Part shown: piece by piece, positions 29,206 through 37,544 of the stretch
Layout: each line of letters opens with the position of its first letter
How positions within the stretch are numbered: position 1 is the first letter of the stretch
NCBI GenBank assembly: GCA_964476585.1
Contig: CAYZBF010000005.1
Span: 15,882 to 79,881 of the forward strand
DNA: 64,000 bases
Source: an uncultured bacterium
GTDB lineage: Bacteria > Hydrothermota > UBA3072
Reading direction: 5' to 3'
The notes under the pieces: model-generated
What the model saw: the letters and a program-made list of their open reading frames with translations, nothing else
Database searches by the model: none
What the model was told of the DNA's origin: nothing
Made by a program: the position numbers and the translations under genes

Positions 29206-30059
29206 TGGAGGTTTTAATTGCACAAGATATGGGTTTCTGCTTTGGAGTAAAAAGAGCGATAAAACTTGCAAGGACTAAAAGAAAGGAAACAAAGAGGAAT
29301 GTCTATACACTTGGCTCTATTATACATAATCCTCAGGTTGTAGATAAGTTAAAGGAGGAAGGAATAGTGCCTGTAGCTGACCTCGATGAAGTTGATAGTG
29401 GCTATGTCGTCATTAGTTCACATGGAGTATCTCCCAAGGTCCAGAAGGAAATTAAGGATAGGGGATTTCAATCGATTGATGCTACTTGTCCGCTTGTCAA
29501 ACGAGTTCAAGAGAAAGCAATGGAACTTATTAAGGAAGGTTATGAGGCCTTTGTGGTTGGAGAGAAGGAACATCCTGAAGTACATGGAATCGTAGGTTAT
29601 ACCGGTGGTAAAATTAAAGTGATAAATGCAGATGAAAATGTAGGAATCAAAGATAAAGATAGGATTGGTTTGGTTGCACAAACTACTCAAACTATGAAGG
29701 CTCTTGAGAATGTCATAATTAAATTATTACCTATGGTAAAAGAACTGAAGGTATTTAATACAATTTGTGAGGTTACAGATAGAAGGCAGAAGGAAGTAGC
29801 GGAAATTGCCAGGATGGCAGACCTTGTGATTGTTATTGGAGGAAAAAAGAGTGCTAATACTTCAAGATTAGCTGAAATAGCGAGAACGGAAGGGTGTGAA
29901 ACATATCATATAGAGGAAGTTCAGGATGTTAACGAAGATTGGTTTAAGGGGAAAAGCAAAGTTGGCGTAACAGCAGGAGCTTCTACACCTAATTGGATAA
30001 TAAAGGAAGTTATTAACAAACTAAATCTAATTGCTAAAAAAGGAGGAAGCGCTACATGA
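29205..30059 (+). CDS. ispH: 4-hydroxy-3-methylbut-2-enyl diphosphate reductase
   Basis: MEVLIAQDMGFCFGVKRAI, SSHGV, ATCPLV, conserved Cys ligands; 1-nt overlap with plsC and ATGA overlap with rpsA (classic ispH-rpsA pairing). Confidence 0.9.
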   Translation: MEVLIAQDMGFCFGVKRAIKLARTKRKETKRNVYTLGSIIHNPQVVDKLKEEGIVPVADLDEVDSGYVVISSHGVSPKVQKEIKDRGFQSIDATCPLVKRVQEKAMELIKEGYEAFVVGEKEHPEVHGIVGYTGGKIKVINADENVGIKDKDRIGLVAQTTQTMKALENVIIKLLPMVKELKVFNTICEVTDRRQKEVAEIARMADLVIVIGGKKSANTSRLAEIARTEGCETYHIEEVQDVNEDWFKGKSKVGVTAGASTPNWIIKEVINKLNLIAKKGGSAT

Positions 30060-31732
30060 ACGAAGACTTAAACTCTGTGATTGAACCAATAAGTGATTCT
30101 GAAGCAAAAGAATTGCTTGATGAGTATGTTGAAAATACGAGTCCTAAGAAGGGTTTGGTGGAAGGAAAGGTAGTCAAGATTACTGAGAATGAAGTTTTAG
30201 TTAATGTTGGCTTGAAATCAGAAGGTGTTATACGTGCGGAAGATTTTGACTCAATTGGCGAAATTTCGATAGGTGATAAGGTGGATGTCTATCTGGATGA
30301 TATAGGAGGTGCCCAGGGTCTTGCTACAATTTCAAAAAGGAAAGCAGATTTCTTCAAGGTTTGGGAAGAAGTTCAGGAAGCCTATAATGAAAGAATTCCT
30401 GTTGAAGCAGAGGTTGTTCAAAGGGTTAAAGGTGGCCTTATGGTTAAAGTTTATGGAACAGAGGCGTTTCTTCCTGGTTCCCAGATTGATATTAAACCCG
30501 CTAGAGAAGTAGACGCTGAGGTTGGTAGTAAATTTGATGTGCAGGTTATCAAAGTAAACTTTAAGAGACGTAATATTGTGGTCTCAAGGCGGATTCTCCT
30601 TGAGGAGAAACAAAAGGCCAAGGTTGAAGAGTTCTTTGATAAGATTGAAGAAGGCAAGAAAGTAAAAGGTATTGTCAAGAATATAACTGAATTTGGTGCC
30701 TTTATCGATCTTGGAGGTATAGATGGACTCCTTCATATAACTGATATGTCCTGGGGTAGAGTCAATCATCCGTCTGAAATGCTCTCAATAGGCGATGAAG
30801 TGGAAGTGAATGTTATAAAAGTTGATAAAAAGGCCAGGAGGGTTTCTCTTGGATTAAAGCAGTTAAAACCCGACCCCTGGGAGAGTATAGATAAGAAATA
30901 TAAGATGGGAGACCAGGTCGAAGGGAAAGTGGTCTCGCTTACCGACTATGGAGCCTTTCTGGAACTCGAACCAGGTATCGAGGGACTTGTACATGTCTCT
31001 GAGATGTCATGGACAAGGCATATAAAACATCCATCTGAGGTGATGAAGGTAGGTGAAAAGGTGCAGGCAATAGTTTTAGAGGTGGATGAAAAATCCCGTA
31101 AAATTTCTTTAGGACTTCGTCAGGTGGTTCCAGATCCATGGGAGGACGTGGAGAAGAAGTATCCCGTAGATTCAGTTGTAAAGGGAAAAGTCGTTAACCT
31201 AACTTCATTTGGCGCTTTCATTCAACTTGAAGAGGGGGTGGAGGGGCTCCTTCATATCTCTGATATTTCTTGGACACGTAGGATTGGACATCCAAAGGAC
31301 GTACTTGATAAGGGAAAGATGATCGAATGTAAGGTTTTAACAGTCGATCCCTCTGAGAGGCGAATTTCGTTGGGCTTAAGGCAACTCGAAGAAGATCCCT
31401 TGAATATCTTTATCGAAGAATACCCTGTGGATAGCAATGTTATTGGTAAGATCTACGAATTACTTCCAAGAGGTGTGATAGTCTCTCTTGGTAAAGGTCT
31501 GCGGGGTTTTGTTCCCTTCTCGCATCTAATAAAGAAGAAGATGCGAAAACCAGAGGAACGATATTCATTGGGTGAGAAATTAAAACTAAAAATTATAGAA
31601 ATTGACGAGAAGAGAAGAAATATCGTGCTTTCAGAGAGGGAGTATGTTTTAGAACAACATAAAAAGATTGAGGAAGCCAAGGAGCAAAAAGAAGATAAAG
31701 AAGGGGAAGCAGCTGTAGAGAATGAGGATTAA
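30056..31732 (+). CDS. rpsA: 30S ribosomal protein S1
   Basis: Six S1 domains (G.V..I...G.FV....GL.H.SE.SW pattern repeated); acidic C-terminus. Confidence 0.9.
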   Translation: MNEDLNSVIEPISDSEAKELLDEYVENTSPKKGLVEGKVVKITENEVLVNVGLKSEGVIRAEDFDSIGEISIGDKVDVYLDDIGGAQGLATISKRKADFFKVWEEVQEAYNERIPVEAEVVQRVKGGLMVKVYGTEAFLPGSQIDIKPAREVDAEVGSKFDVQVIKVNFKRRNIVVSRRILLEEKQKAKVEEFFDKIEEGKKVKGIVKNITEFGAFIDLGGIDGLLHITDMSWGRVNHPSEMLSIGDEVEVNVIKVDKKARRVSLGLKQLKPDPWESIDKKYKMGDQVEGKVVSLTDYGAFLELEPGIEGLVHVSEMSWTRHIKHPSEVMKVGEKVQAIVLEVDEKSRKISLGLRQVVPDPWEDVEKKYPVDSVVKGKVVNLTSFGAFIQLEEGVEGLLHISDISWTRRIGHPKDVLDKGKMIECKVLTVDPSERRISLGLRQLEEDPLNIFIEEYPVDSNVIGKIYELLPRGVIVSLGKGLRGFVPFSHLIKKKMRKPEERYSLGEKLKLKIIEIDEKRRNIVLSEREYVLEQHKKIEEAKEQKEDKEGEAAVENED

Positions 31733-31776
31733 AGTTGCTCTATTATAGAAAAGGGAAAAACAAGATTCCATAAGAA

Positions 31777-33483
31777 ATGGAAACTAAATATATTATTGTG
31801 GTTGGTGGAGTTTTAAGTGGCGTTGGAAAGGGGGTGGCTACAGCATCTATAGCAAGGATAATGAAAAACTACGGATTCAGAGTAACAGCTGTAAAGATCG
31901 ACCCTTATATAAATTATGATGCAGGAACTCTTCGCCCAACGGAACATGGAGAGGTATGGGTTACTGATGATGGCGGAGAAATAGATCAAGACCTTGGAAG
32001 CTATGAACGCTTTCTCGCGTGCAATATTCCAAAATGTAATAATATAACAACAGGACAGGTGTACAAGGAGGTTATTGATAGAGAAAGAGCAGGAGAATAT
32101 CTGGGTAAGACCGTCCAGTTCATTCCTCATATACCACAAGAAATCATAAGGAGAGTAGAGGAGGCAGCTAAAAGTTTTGAGATAACAGTTGTAGAAATTG
32201 GAGGAACTATCGGAGACTATGAGAACATCCCATATCTCTTTGCTACTAAAAGTCTGTCTCGTATAAAGGGTAAAGATAATGTGGCAGTTGTAATGCTTAC
32301 GTATTTACCCATTCCTTCCCATATAAAAGAGATGAAAACGAAACCTGCTCAGCAGGCAATAAGGCAGTTGTCAGAACATGCTATATTTCCGGATATCATT
32401 CTTTGTAGGGCAAAGACACCACTCGACCGTGTAAGGAAAAGTAAGATTGAAATTTACGCGAATATTGAAGCAGATTATGTGATATCTGCTCCAGATGTAG
32501 AATGTGTGTATGAAGTACCTTTAAATTTCGAGCGTGAGGGCCTAGGAAGTAAACTTTTAAAGAGGTTGAATCTTTCTCCAAAGAAAAGGCCTGACTGGAG
32601 TAATTGGATAAAGCTTACGAAGGGAATTACTAATCCAAAAAAACGTGTAAGAATTGCTATGGTATGTAAATACCTTGATATTGGAGAATTTTCTCTGAGA
32701 GATTCCTACATTTCTGTAAGTCAGGCCCTGGAGCATGCGGGAGCATGGGAACAAGTGGGTCTTGATATTAAATGGATTGATGCTAAGGAAATAGAAGAAG
32801 GTGGAACTGACTGTCTTAATGATGTTGAAGGAATAATTGTTCCTGGTGGTTTTGGAGATTCAGGTATAGAAGGAAAGATAGAGTCAATCCAGTACGCACG
32901 GGAGAACAAAATTCCCTTTCTTGGGTTATGCCTGGGCATGCAACTTGCTCTAGTTGAATATTCAAGAAATGTTATAGGCTTAGAAGGAGCGAATTCATCA
33001 GAGTTTGATCCTGACACTAATTACCCTGTAATTGATTACCTTGCAGAACAGAAAGGAATCCTTGCTAAGAAGCAGTATGGTGCAACGATGCGATTGGGGG
33101 CATATGCTGCGAATTTGAAAAGGGATTCCAGAGTCTTTAAGTGGTATAAGAAAACTGGTAGGTTAAAGGGGGATAGTGTAAGTGTGAAGAAAATTAAAGA
33201 AGATTTTAGGTTGGGAATCCTTAATAAGAAAGAACCCGTGATCCTTGAACGTCATCGGCACCGTTATGAGGTCAACCCTATCTACATCAAAGAGTTTGAA
33301 AAGCAAGGTGTTATATTCAGTGGAATCCATAAGCCTTTAGTTGGGGAACCACTTATGGAGTTTATGGAGTTAGACGACCATCCATTTTTTGTTGCGACGC
33401 AGGCACATCCTGAATTTAAGTCTCGACTTGAAGATCCCGCCCCACTTTTTATAGGGTTCCTTAAAGCTGTTCTTTCCAAGTGA
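31777..33483 (+). CDS. pyrG: CTP synthase
   Basis: KYIIVVGGVLSGVGKG...DPYINYDAGTL.P.EHGEV.VTDDG.E.DLD.G.YERF; C-terminal GATase GLCLGMQ; 568 aa. Confidence 0.95.
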   Translation: METKYIIVVGGVLSGVGKGVATASIARIMKNYGFRVTAVKIDPYINYDAGTLRPTEHGEVWVTDDGGEIDQDLGSYERFLACNIPKCNNITTGQVYKEVIDRERAGEYLGKTVQFIPHIPQEIIRRVEEAAKSFEITVVEIGGTIGDYENIPYLFATKSLSRIKGKDNVAVVMLTYLPIPSHIKEMKTKPAQQAIRQLSEHAIFPDIILCRAKTPLDRVRKSKIEIYANIEADYVISAPDVECVYEVPLNFEREGLGSKLLKRLNLSPKKRPDWSNWIKLTKGITNPKKRVRIAMVCKYLDIGEFSLRDSYISVSQALEHAGAWEQVGLDIKWIDAKEIEEGGTDCLNDVEGIIVPGGFGDSGIEGKIESIQYARENKIPFLGLCLGMQLALVEYSRNVIGLEGANSSEFDPDTNYPVIDYLAEQKGILAKKQYGATMRLGAYAANLKRDSRVFKWYKKTGRLKGDSVSVKKIKEDFRLGILNKKEPVILERHRHRYEVNPIYIKEFEKQGVIFSGIHKPLVGEPLMEFMELDDHPFFVATQAHPEFKSRLEDPAPLFIGFLKAVLSK

Positions 33484-34229
33484 TTCTTGCGTACTATCCT
33501 AAAAGATCAATCGTCCATTCTCTAGATCCTAGAGCTAAATTAGTCTTTACCTTTATATTCATTGTAACTGTTCTTTTTAAAGCGTCTTTCCTTTCCTATG
33601 GTATTCTTGGGATTTTAATTTTATTGCCTTTCTTCTTTACGAAATTACCCCCTTTTAAATTAATAAAAGGATTTGCACCATTCATAATATTATTTGCTCT
33701 AACGATCTTATTCCATTTTTTCTTGACACCAGGTGAAATAATATTTGAATTTGGTTTATTGTCCGGCACACTGGAAGGATTAAAAAATGGAATGATCTTT
33801 GCTGTAAGACTTATATTGATTATAGCTGCAACAATGCTTTTCGGACTCACCACTTCCCCAATAGACCTCTCGGAGAGTCTATCTGGTCTTTTCCGCCGTT
33901 TACGGTCTAAAACAGCGAAAGAAATTCCGATGATTATTATTTTAATATTACGATTTATTCCATTTTTGATAAAGGAAGGGAAAAGGATTGTTATGGCTCA
34001 AAAGGCGAGGGGTGCACCTTTGAAGCTAAGTAGAGAATTCTTCACCATACTGTTTCCTATAGTCAATTCTGCACTTAAAAGAGCTGACCAACTGGCCCTT
34101 GCCCTTCATGCAAAGGCATATGAACCAGGAGGAAGCAGAGCCTCCCTTAGAGCGTATCGATTTGGGGTTCGAGACTACCTATTACTTACATATTCCATAG
34201 TCCCTATTTTAATAGTGGTTCTAGTGTGA
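33480..34229 (+). CDS. ecfT: Energy-coupling factor transporter transmembrane (T) component
   Basis: GTGA overlap with pyrG; HSLDPRAKL N-terminal motif; 5-6 TM; C-terminal A.KARGA / LR.Y coupling-helix-like motifs. Confidence 0.7.
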   Translation: MILAYYPKRSIVHSLDPRAKLVFTFIFIVTVLFKASFLSYGILGILILLPFFFTKLPPFKLIKGFAPFIILFALTILFHFFLTPGEIIFEFGLLSGTLEGLKNGMIFAVRLILIIAATMLFGLTTSPIDLSESLSGLFRRLRSKTAKEIPMIIILILRFIPFLIKEGKRIVMAQKARGAPLKLSREFFTILFPIVNSALKRADQLALALHAKAYEPGGSRASLRAYRFGVRDYLLLTYSIVPILIVVLV

Positions 34230-34314
34230 AATGACCGAAGACAGGAGAAAAGTTAATTAGTTTAATTCCAAATTCTCATATTCTCTAATTAACCATTTGA
34301 CTATTTAAACCATT

Positions 34315-34520
34315 TAACTAATTTCTTTTTTGACACTGATTTTCACTGAATAATACAGATTTTTCAATCCCCATTCTCACCACCTATTCCTCAGCCACGG
34401 TTCTCTACTGATGAATACATATGTTTTATTACTTCCCTCACCACAGCCATTTGTTAGACACTGATCTACACTGATTGTGACTGATTTAATAATAAAAGGG
34501 TTCAAGGGATAATTAGTCGA
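34315..34520. repeat. Intergenic repeat family, copy C
   Basis: TTTTTTGACACTGATTT, three GACACTGAT/CACTGATT words and AAAAGGGTTCAAGGGATAAT, homologous to 13131-13300. Confidence 0.5.
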
Positions 34521-34724
34521 GAGTCACCAGTTAACAATCTGGAGTCAAAGAGAGTTAATATTTGAATAGTTGAGTAGTTGAGTAGGAAAAACAACAAACT
34601 CTTAGTATATAATATTTTGTTTTTTATCTGTGTAAATCTGTGGTTAAATTTTGGGTAAGGAGTAGTGTTTTTTCTTAGTTAATATCTGTGTCTAAATTTC
34701 AAGTGGTCAAGGGAGGAGTGAGTC

Positions 34725-34752
34725 TTGACAATAATTCTCCCTAGCTTACAAT
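34725..34752 (+). promoter_or_regulatory. truA promoter (TTGACA-16-TACAAT), predicts a leaderless or very short-leader transcript
   Basis: TTGACA at 34725-34730 (its TTG is the ORF-track false start), TACAAT at 34747-34752, first ATG at 34761. Confidence 0.5.
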
Positions 34753-34760
34753 CTACTAAC

Positions 34761-35471
34761 ATGCAGAGAATAAAGCTTGTTATTGAGTATGATGGAACAG
34801 ATTTTTACGGGTGGCAAATTCAGCCTCAAAAGCGTACTGTTCAAGGGGAGTTAGAACAAGCTCTAAGGATAGTCTATAGGGAACAGATACGAATAGAGGG
34901 TGCAGGAAGGACGGATAGAGGAGTCCATGCATATGGACAGGTTGCGTCTCTTAATGTTCCGGAGAAATTCACTCCCCACGAGTTGAACAATGCAATGAAT
35001 GGGAACGTCGGATCTGATGTGTTGATAAAGCAATGCCTTGAGGTATCTTCCGATTTTCATGCACGCTTCAGTGCAAAATCGAGAATCTATCAATATCAGA
35101 TTTATAATGGAAAATCTGTCTTTCGCCGTCGTTACTTCCAGCAGGTAAAAGAAGAATTAAAACTTTCTTTAATGAAGGAAGCTGCTAAAAAAATCATTGG
35201 AGAAAGAGAATTTTCTCATCTTGCAACCAAGGATAAAGGTATATGTAATATAAAGGATATCGATATTACAAAAGAAGGAAATACTATTTATATAACAGTT
35301 GAGGCAGATCATTTCTTAAGAAGATTGGTTCTTGGAATTGTTGGGCTACTCCTTGCAGTAGGTAAAGAGAATTTACCATTAGGGGATGTTGAGGGAGTAA
35401 TTTCCGGTAGATTAAGAAGGTTTCCTGTTGCTCCTCCCAATGGACTTTTTCTGTTAAAGGTTCTTTATTAA
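34761..35471 (+). CDS. truA: tRNA pseudouridine(38-40) synthase
   Basis: MQRIKLVIEYDGTDFYGWQIQ...GAGRTDRGVHA catalytic Asp motif; start set at ATG 34761 for the reason given under the promoter. Confidence 0.85.
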   Translation: MQRIKLVIEYDGTDFYGWQIQPQKRTVQGELEQALRIVYREQIRIEGAGRTDRGVHAYGQVASLNVPEKFTPHELNNAMNGNVGSDVLIKQCLEVSSDFHARFSAKSRIYQYQIYNGKSVFRRRYFQQVKEELKLSLMKEAAKKIIGEREFSHLATKDKGICNIKDIDITKEGNTIYITVEADHFLRRLVLGIVGLLLAVGKENLPLGDVEGVISGRLRRFPVAPPNGLFLLKVLY

Positions 35472-35718
35472 CTTGGAAATCAATAGTATTCTACTCGATG
35501 GAAGAACCGGAGACAGTAAAAAGTTGAATAGTTGAGTAGTTGAATTGTTGAGTTGTTAGCCCCGCTATCAAACATATCATTACAAAACCATTTAACTATT
35601 TTTCTACTCAACCATTAACTAATTTACTTTACGCCATTTACGAGAGAAAAATGGAAGGTGGGTGATAACAAGCACCCTTGACAAATTATTATGCCCCGTT
35701 ATCTTACTGGTCGAATGT

Positions 35719-35790
35719 GGCTCCGTCGTCTAATGGTGAGGACATCACTCTTTCAAGGTGAAGATAGGGGTTCGATTCCCCTCGGAGCTA
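35719..35790 (+). tRNA. tRNA-Glu (TTC)
   Basis: Acceptor GGCUCCG/CGGAGCU, D arm GUCU-AAUGGUGA-GGAC, anticodon arm UCACU-CUUUCAA-GGUGA (anticodon UUC), T arm AGGGG-UUCGAUU-CCCCU, discriminator A; -35 CCCTTGACA at about 35678. Confidence 0.85.
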
Positions 35791-35799
35791 TAAAAATAC

Positions 35800-35828
35800 T
35801 TGACAAAGAAAAAAAACTGTTTATAGTA
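35800..35828 (+). promoter_or_regulatory. Promoter (TTGACA-16-TATAGT) for the coiled-coil lipoprotein operon
   Basis: TTGACA at 35800-35805, TATAGT at 35822-35827, AAAGGAGG RBS at about 35850. Confidence 0.5.
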
Positions 35829-35861
35829 ATTGTTGAACTTGTAAAACAAAGGAGGCTGTTT

Positions 35862-36101
35862 ATGAAAAAACTCATACTGGCGATTGCAATATTTGCTCTG
35901 ATGGCAGGTTGTACCAAGTATGCATCACAAGAGCAACTTGATGAACTACAGGCGAGGAAAGAAGCAGTTGCAGCATTGAAAAGTGACGTAAAGGACGCAC
36001 AGAAAGAGAAGGTTAATTTGATGGATGAGAAGAGGGTGAAAGAGGAAAGGATTGCTGAGTTGAAAGAAGGTATCTCTGAATTAGAGGAAAAGTTAAGATA
36101 G
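35862..36101 (+). CDS. Small coiled-coil lipoprotein
   Basis: MKKLILAIAIFALMAGC lipobox, then heptad-rich QEQLDELQARKEAVAALKSDVKDAQKEK...; the ORF-track 5' extension runs through tRNA-Glu and is rejected. Confidence 0.5.
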   Translation: MKKLILAIAIFALMAGCTKYASQEQLDELQARKEAVAALKSDVKDAQKEKVNLMDEKRVKEERIAELKEGISELEEKLR

Positions 36102-36106
36102 GGGGT

Positions 36107-36541
36107 ATGATGAAAAGATATTTTCTGATAATATTAGTGCTTTTTATCGGATTCACACTTGTTGGGCAGGAGGGCGAAAAGTTAACACCTGAGCAAGCAG
36201 ATGAGTTGATAATGAAATACACCCAAGAGGAGCAAGACCTTCAGACTCAGCTTCAAGACCTGAACAGTGAGATAAGAGATCTAAAGGGGGAAATTTCCAC
36301 TATGGACGATGTGATAACAGCCTTGGAAATGAAAAAAGCAGAACTCGAAAATAAATTAGAGGAGATGTCCTATTATGTTGTAAGGGGGGGAGATTGGCTC
36401 TCTAAGATTGCTGAAAGTAAAGAAGTCTATGGACATGGAAATTTTGCTCGTTGGACTGAAATCTTTAAAGCCAACAGGGATAAGATAAAGGATCCTGATC
36501 TAATATACCCTGGTTGGAAGCTCTTTATTCCTCGTCCATAA
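36107..36541 (+). CDS. Coiled-coil protein with C-terminal LysM domain
   Basis: Signal/TM, coiled coil, then YYVVRGGDWLSKIA....IYPGWKLFIP (LysM). Confidence 0.6.
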   Translation: MMKRYFLIILVLFIGFTLVGQEGEKLTPEQADELIMKYTQEEQDLQTQLQDLNSEIRDLKGEISTMDDVITALEMKKAELENKLEEMSYYVVRGGDWLSKIAESKEVYGHGNFARWTEIFKANRDKIKDPDLIYPGWKLFIPRP

Positions 36542-36617
36542 CATTATTTTCCCTTTAAAAAATAAATCAGCCCTCTTATTCCTTTATGAGTAAGGGGGCT
36601 AATTATACTTTAAGCTT

Positions 36618-37544
36618 GTGTTTGAACAATCACTTACAATAAAAAATATCTCTCCTATTGCGTTATTAGGTGTCAGGGATGAGAACTTAGCTTTTCTTCA
36701 AGAGCGTCTTGGGGTTCGAATTACTGCTCGGGGTCCTCAGTTGACCATAAAGGGGCAGAAAGAGAGAGTGCATAAATCAGTAAGTCTGATTGAAGAACTT
36801 ACCAAGGTCTTGGAGAATGGAGGTAGACTGACTACAAAAGACATCGAATATTACCTTTATGCAAAGAAGGACAACGAAAATATTATAGTACTTCCAGATA
36901 AAGTTATAAAGCCAAGAACTGCCAATCAGACCAGATATCTTGATGCAATAGAAAAACATATAGTGACTATTGCAATTGGACCCGCTGGCACAGGCAAAAC
37001 CTACTTAGCTGTAGCTTCTGCCATCTCTGCCCTTTTGTCAGGAGAGGTTTTGAGGATAATACTCGCAAGACCTGCTGTGGAAGCTGGGGAAAGCCTTGGC
37101 TTCCTTCCTGGAGATTATGAAGAAAAGGTGAAACCCTATCTTAGACCCCTATATGATGCGATTTATGAGATGTTACCACAAAAGAAAATGCATAATTACA
37201 TGGATAATGGAATTATAGAGATAGCACCTCTTGCCTTTATGAGAGGTAGGAATCTCAAGGATTCGTTTATAATTCTTGATGAAGCGCAGAATACCACCCA
37301 TATTCAGATGAAGATGTTTCTTACGAGAATGGGAGAGGATTCCAGGGTGGTTATAACCGGTGATATTACTCAGATAGATCTATCTCCCAGTAAAACTTCA
37401 GGACTCGTTGAAATACAATATATCCTGAAGGATATTGAAGGAGTCTCATTTGTATATCTTAATGCCCATGATGTAGTGAGACACCCTGCTGTCGAAAAAA
37501 TCGTCCGAGCCTATAAGAAATATGAAGATGGGAAGGATAAATAA
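36618..37544 (+). CDS. phoH: PhoH family ATPase
   Basis: Walker A AIGPAGTGKTYLAV; Walker B FIILDEAQN; 308 aa. Confidence 0.85.
   Translation: MFEQSLTIKNISPIALLGVRDENLAFLQERLGVRITARGPQLTIKGQKERVHKSVSLIEELTKVLENGGRLTTKDIEYYLYAKKDNENIIVLPDKVIKPRTANQTRYLDAIEKHIVTIAIGPAGTGKTYLAVASAISALLSGEVLRIILARPAVEAGESLGFLPGDYEEKVKPYLRPLYDAIYEMLPQKKMHNYMDNGIIEIAPLAFMRGRNLKDSFIILDEAQNTTHIQMKMFLTRMGEDSRVVITGDITQIDLSPSKTSGLVEIQYILKDIEGVSFVYLNAHDVVRHPAVEKIVRAYKKYEDGKDK

Noticed and set aside
31813-33017. Several minus-strand ORFs of 60-108 aa within pyrG
   Set aside because: They are antisense to CTP synthase with no independent evidence.
35691-35861. 5' extension of the 35691-36101 ORF (MPRYLTGRMWLRR...)
   Set aside because: It runs through tRNA-Glu and its promoter. 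The real CDS starts at ATG 35862, behind an AAAGGAGG RBS, with a lipoprotein signal peptide.
36541-36617. Rho-independent terminator after the LysM gene
   Set aside because: AGCCCTC...GGGGGCT can form a 7-bp stem, but the loop is 19 nt and no T-tract follows. Not convincing.
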